Shown here piece by piece: positions 62,866 through 64,000 of a stretch of 64,000 nt of DNA (positions are counted from its first letter, which is position 1; each line of letters opens with the position of its first letter). The position numbers and the translations under genes are program-made. Below the pieces are notes generated by a model. It was not told where the DNA came from. It saw nothing but the letters and a program-made list of their open reading frames with translations, and searched no databases. Source of the stretch: an uncultured Syntrophaceae bacterium (GTDB lineage: Bacteria; Desulfobacterota; Syntrophia; Syntrophales; UBA2210); assembly GCA_964610735.1 (NCBI GenBank), contig CAZSYH010000002.1, positions 12,933 through 76,932 of the forward strand, written 5' to 3'.

Positions 62866-63933
62866 TTATTTTACCACACCTTTTTTCAGACAACGATCTA
62901 TTTTCCAGCCCGATTGTTCGACCGCTTTCGCGTCAGCGATATCGATGCACGGATGACCAATATTCAGAATAGCATCAGACAGGGTTTTGCGATCCGCCAA
63001 TTCGTCGACGAATCGCTTGCCCGTACCCGGGTCTACCACTATACCGTAGAGAAACACGATGTAATCCGAGAAACCGGGACCAACGCCGAAACCTTTTTCA
63101 TCCGGAGAGGCCCATGGACCAAGCTGTATCTGCGAAAGATGAACAGGTGTCGCCCCGATCTTCAAAGCCTCTTTTAAGGCCTCGGCGGTGGCGAACGGCT
63201 TATTCGTACTATCTATCTTTTCGGACAATCGGGGATCCTGCGCGACCCTGAAGGCTATATCACTGCCGAAACCACCGGTAGTCAGAATAACGGCTTTCCT
63301 TGCCCGGATGTACTTGTAGGTCCCTTTATCTGCGTCCTTATAATTGTAGCCATCGCGCACGAGAACACCGCAAACCCTTCCTTCAGAATCCCTGATAAAA
63401 GTCTGAAAGTAGTTTTGAGTTTTTACCTCCATCCCAAGCTCTCGTATCTTGGCAAGCTGCCGTTTTATAATAGTTGAGCCGGATACGTTAAGAGGCGTAT
63501 AGCAGCGGGGAACGGAATGACCTCCAAATGAATCCACCCTATCCAGATATTCTACTACCAGATAGTCAATCGACCATTGAAAAACCTCGTTTGATTTTTC
63601 CGCGACCTTACGGACCAGATCAGGATAATTAAGGCCCAACCCGGCTTTGAGCATATCAGAGCACATGAGCTCAGGAGAATCCTTGATCCCCGCCTTTCCC
63701 TGCATCGGCGTACCCGCCGCGGCAATCCCCCCATCGCTGATGATCGAGTTTCCACCGGGCGCCTTCATCTTTTCCAGGATAACTACTGAGGCGCCGGCAT
63801 TGCGCGCCTCGATTGCCGCGGTAAGACCAGCGAATCCGCCGCCGATCACCACTACATCCGCGATCTCATCCCAGTCTTCCATCTGCTTTTCAAAGACCTC
63901 TATATTTTCTGCCATTGGACCCGTTGAAAGCAT
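62866..63933 (-). CDS. FAD-dependent flavoprotein reductase (fumarate reductase/flavocytochrome-c flavin-domain family), N-terminal 355-aa part of an interrupted gene
   Basis: VVVIGGGFAGLTAAIEA dinucleotide motif, GGNSIISDGGIAA, and TTGGFG. Ends at TAA 62866-62868, in frame with the next ORF. Confidence 0.8.
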   Translation of the reverse strand: MLSTGPMAENIEVFEKQMEDWDEIADVVVIGGGFAGLTAAIEARNAGASVVILEKMKAPGGNSIISDGGIAAAGTPMQGKAGIKDSPELMCSDMLKAGLGLNYPDLVRKVAEKSNEVFQWSIDYLVVEYLDRVDSFGGHSVPRCYTPLNVSGSTIIKRQLAKIRELGMEVKTQNYFQTFIRDSEGRVCGVLVRDGYNYKDADKGTYKYIRARKAVILTTGGFGSDIAFRVAQDPRLSEKIDSTNKPFATAEALKEALKIGATPVHLSQIQLGPWASPDEKGFGVGPGFSDYIVFLYGIVVDPGTGKRFVDELADRKTLSDAILNIGHPCIDIADAKAVEQSGWKIDRCLKKGVVK

Positions 63934-64000
63934 TTTTGACCTTCCCGTTTTTTGTCCCGTATCTGATGTTTGTACAACAGGTTACATTGGATCTCTGCCA

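Overview
This window looks like the replication-origin region of a roughly 50% GC anaerobic bacterium. Gene content suggests a deltaproteobacterial or syntroph-like organism, but that is inference only. All calls rest on motifs I recognised in the supplied ORF translations and in the DNA; I ran no database search.

The core is rsmG-parA-parB-dnaA-dnaN-gyrB-gyrA at 22.2-32.4 kb. Gene orientation switches sharply at 22.08-22.23 kb: seven consecutive minus-strand genes lie upstream and about seventeen consecutive plus-strand genes lie downstream. A near-consensus parS site sits about 7 kb to the left.

The flanks are mostly housekeeping and anaerobic acyl-CoA metabolism:
- thiolase, acyl-CoA dehydrogenase and a corrinoid adenosyltransferase
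- a four-subunit 2-oxoacid:ferredoxin oxidoreductase
- methylmalonyl-CoA epimerase, mutase and MeaB
- malic enzyme, and an ADP-forming acyl-CoA synthetase alpha subunit
- envelope and stress genes: mltC, plsC, djlA, htrA, hldD, lgt
- archease-rtcB, and a dynamin-like GTPase

I found no rRNA, tRNA, CRISPR array, transposase or prophage genes.

The most notable observations are:
1. A CoA-disulfide-reductase/NADH-oxidase-family gene has an in-frame TGA exactly at the redox-active cysteine position, followed by a SECIS-like hairpin. It is a probable selenoprotein that ORF calling truncates.
2. A TAXI-TRAP transporter is translationally coupled to a DapB-like amine dehydrogenase and followed by an unusually long KamA-family radical-SAM aminomutase. 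This is a candidate uncharacterised beta-amino-acid pathway.
3. A decayed glutamine synthetase gene has lost its central ~350 codons. In their place is a 113-bp segment bounded by perfect 18-bp inverted repeats.
4. A flavoprotein reductase gene is interrupted by a single in-frame TAA.
5. A GGDEF gene at the left edge is truncated.
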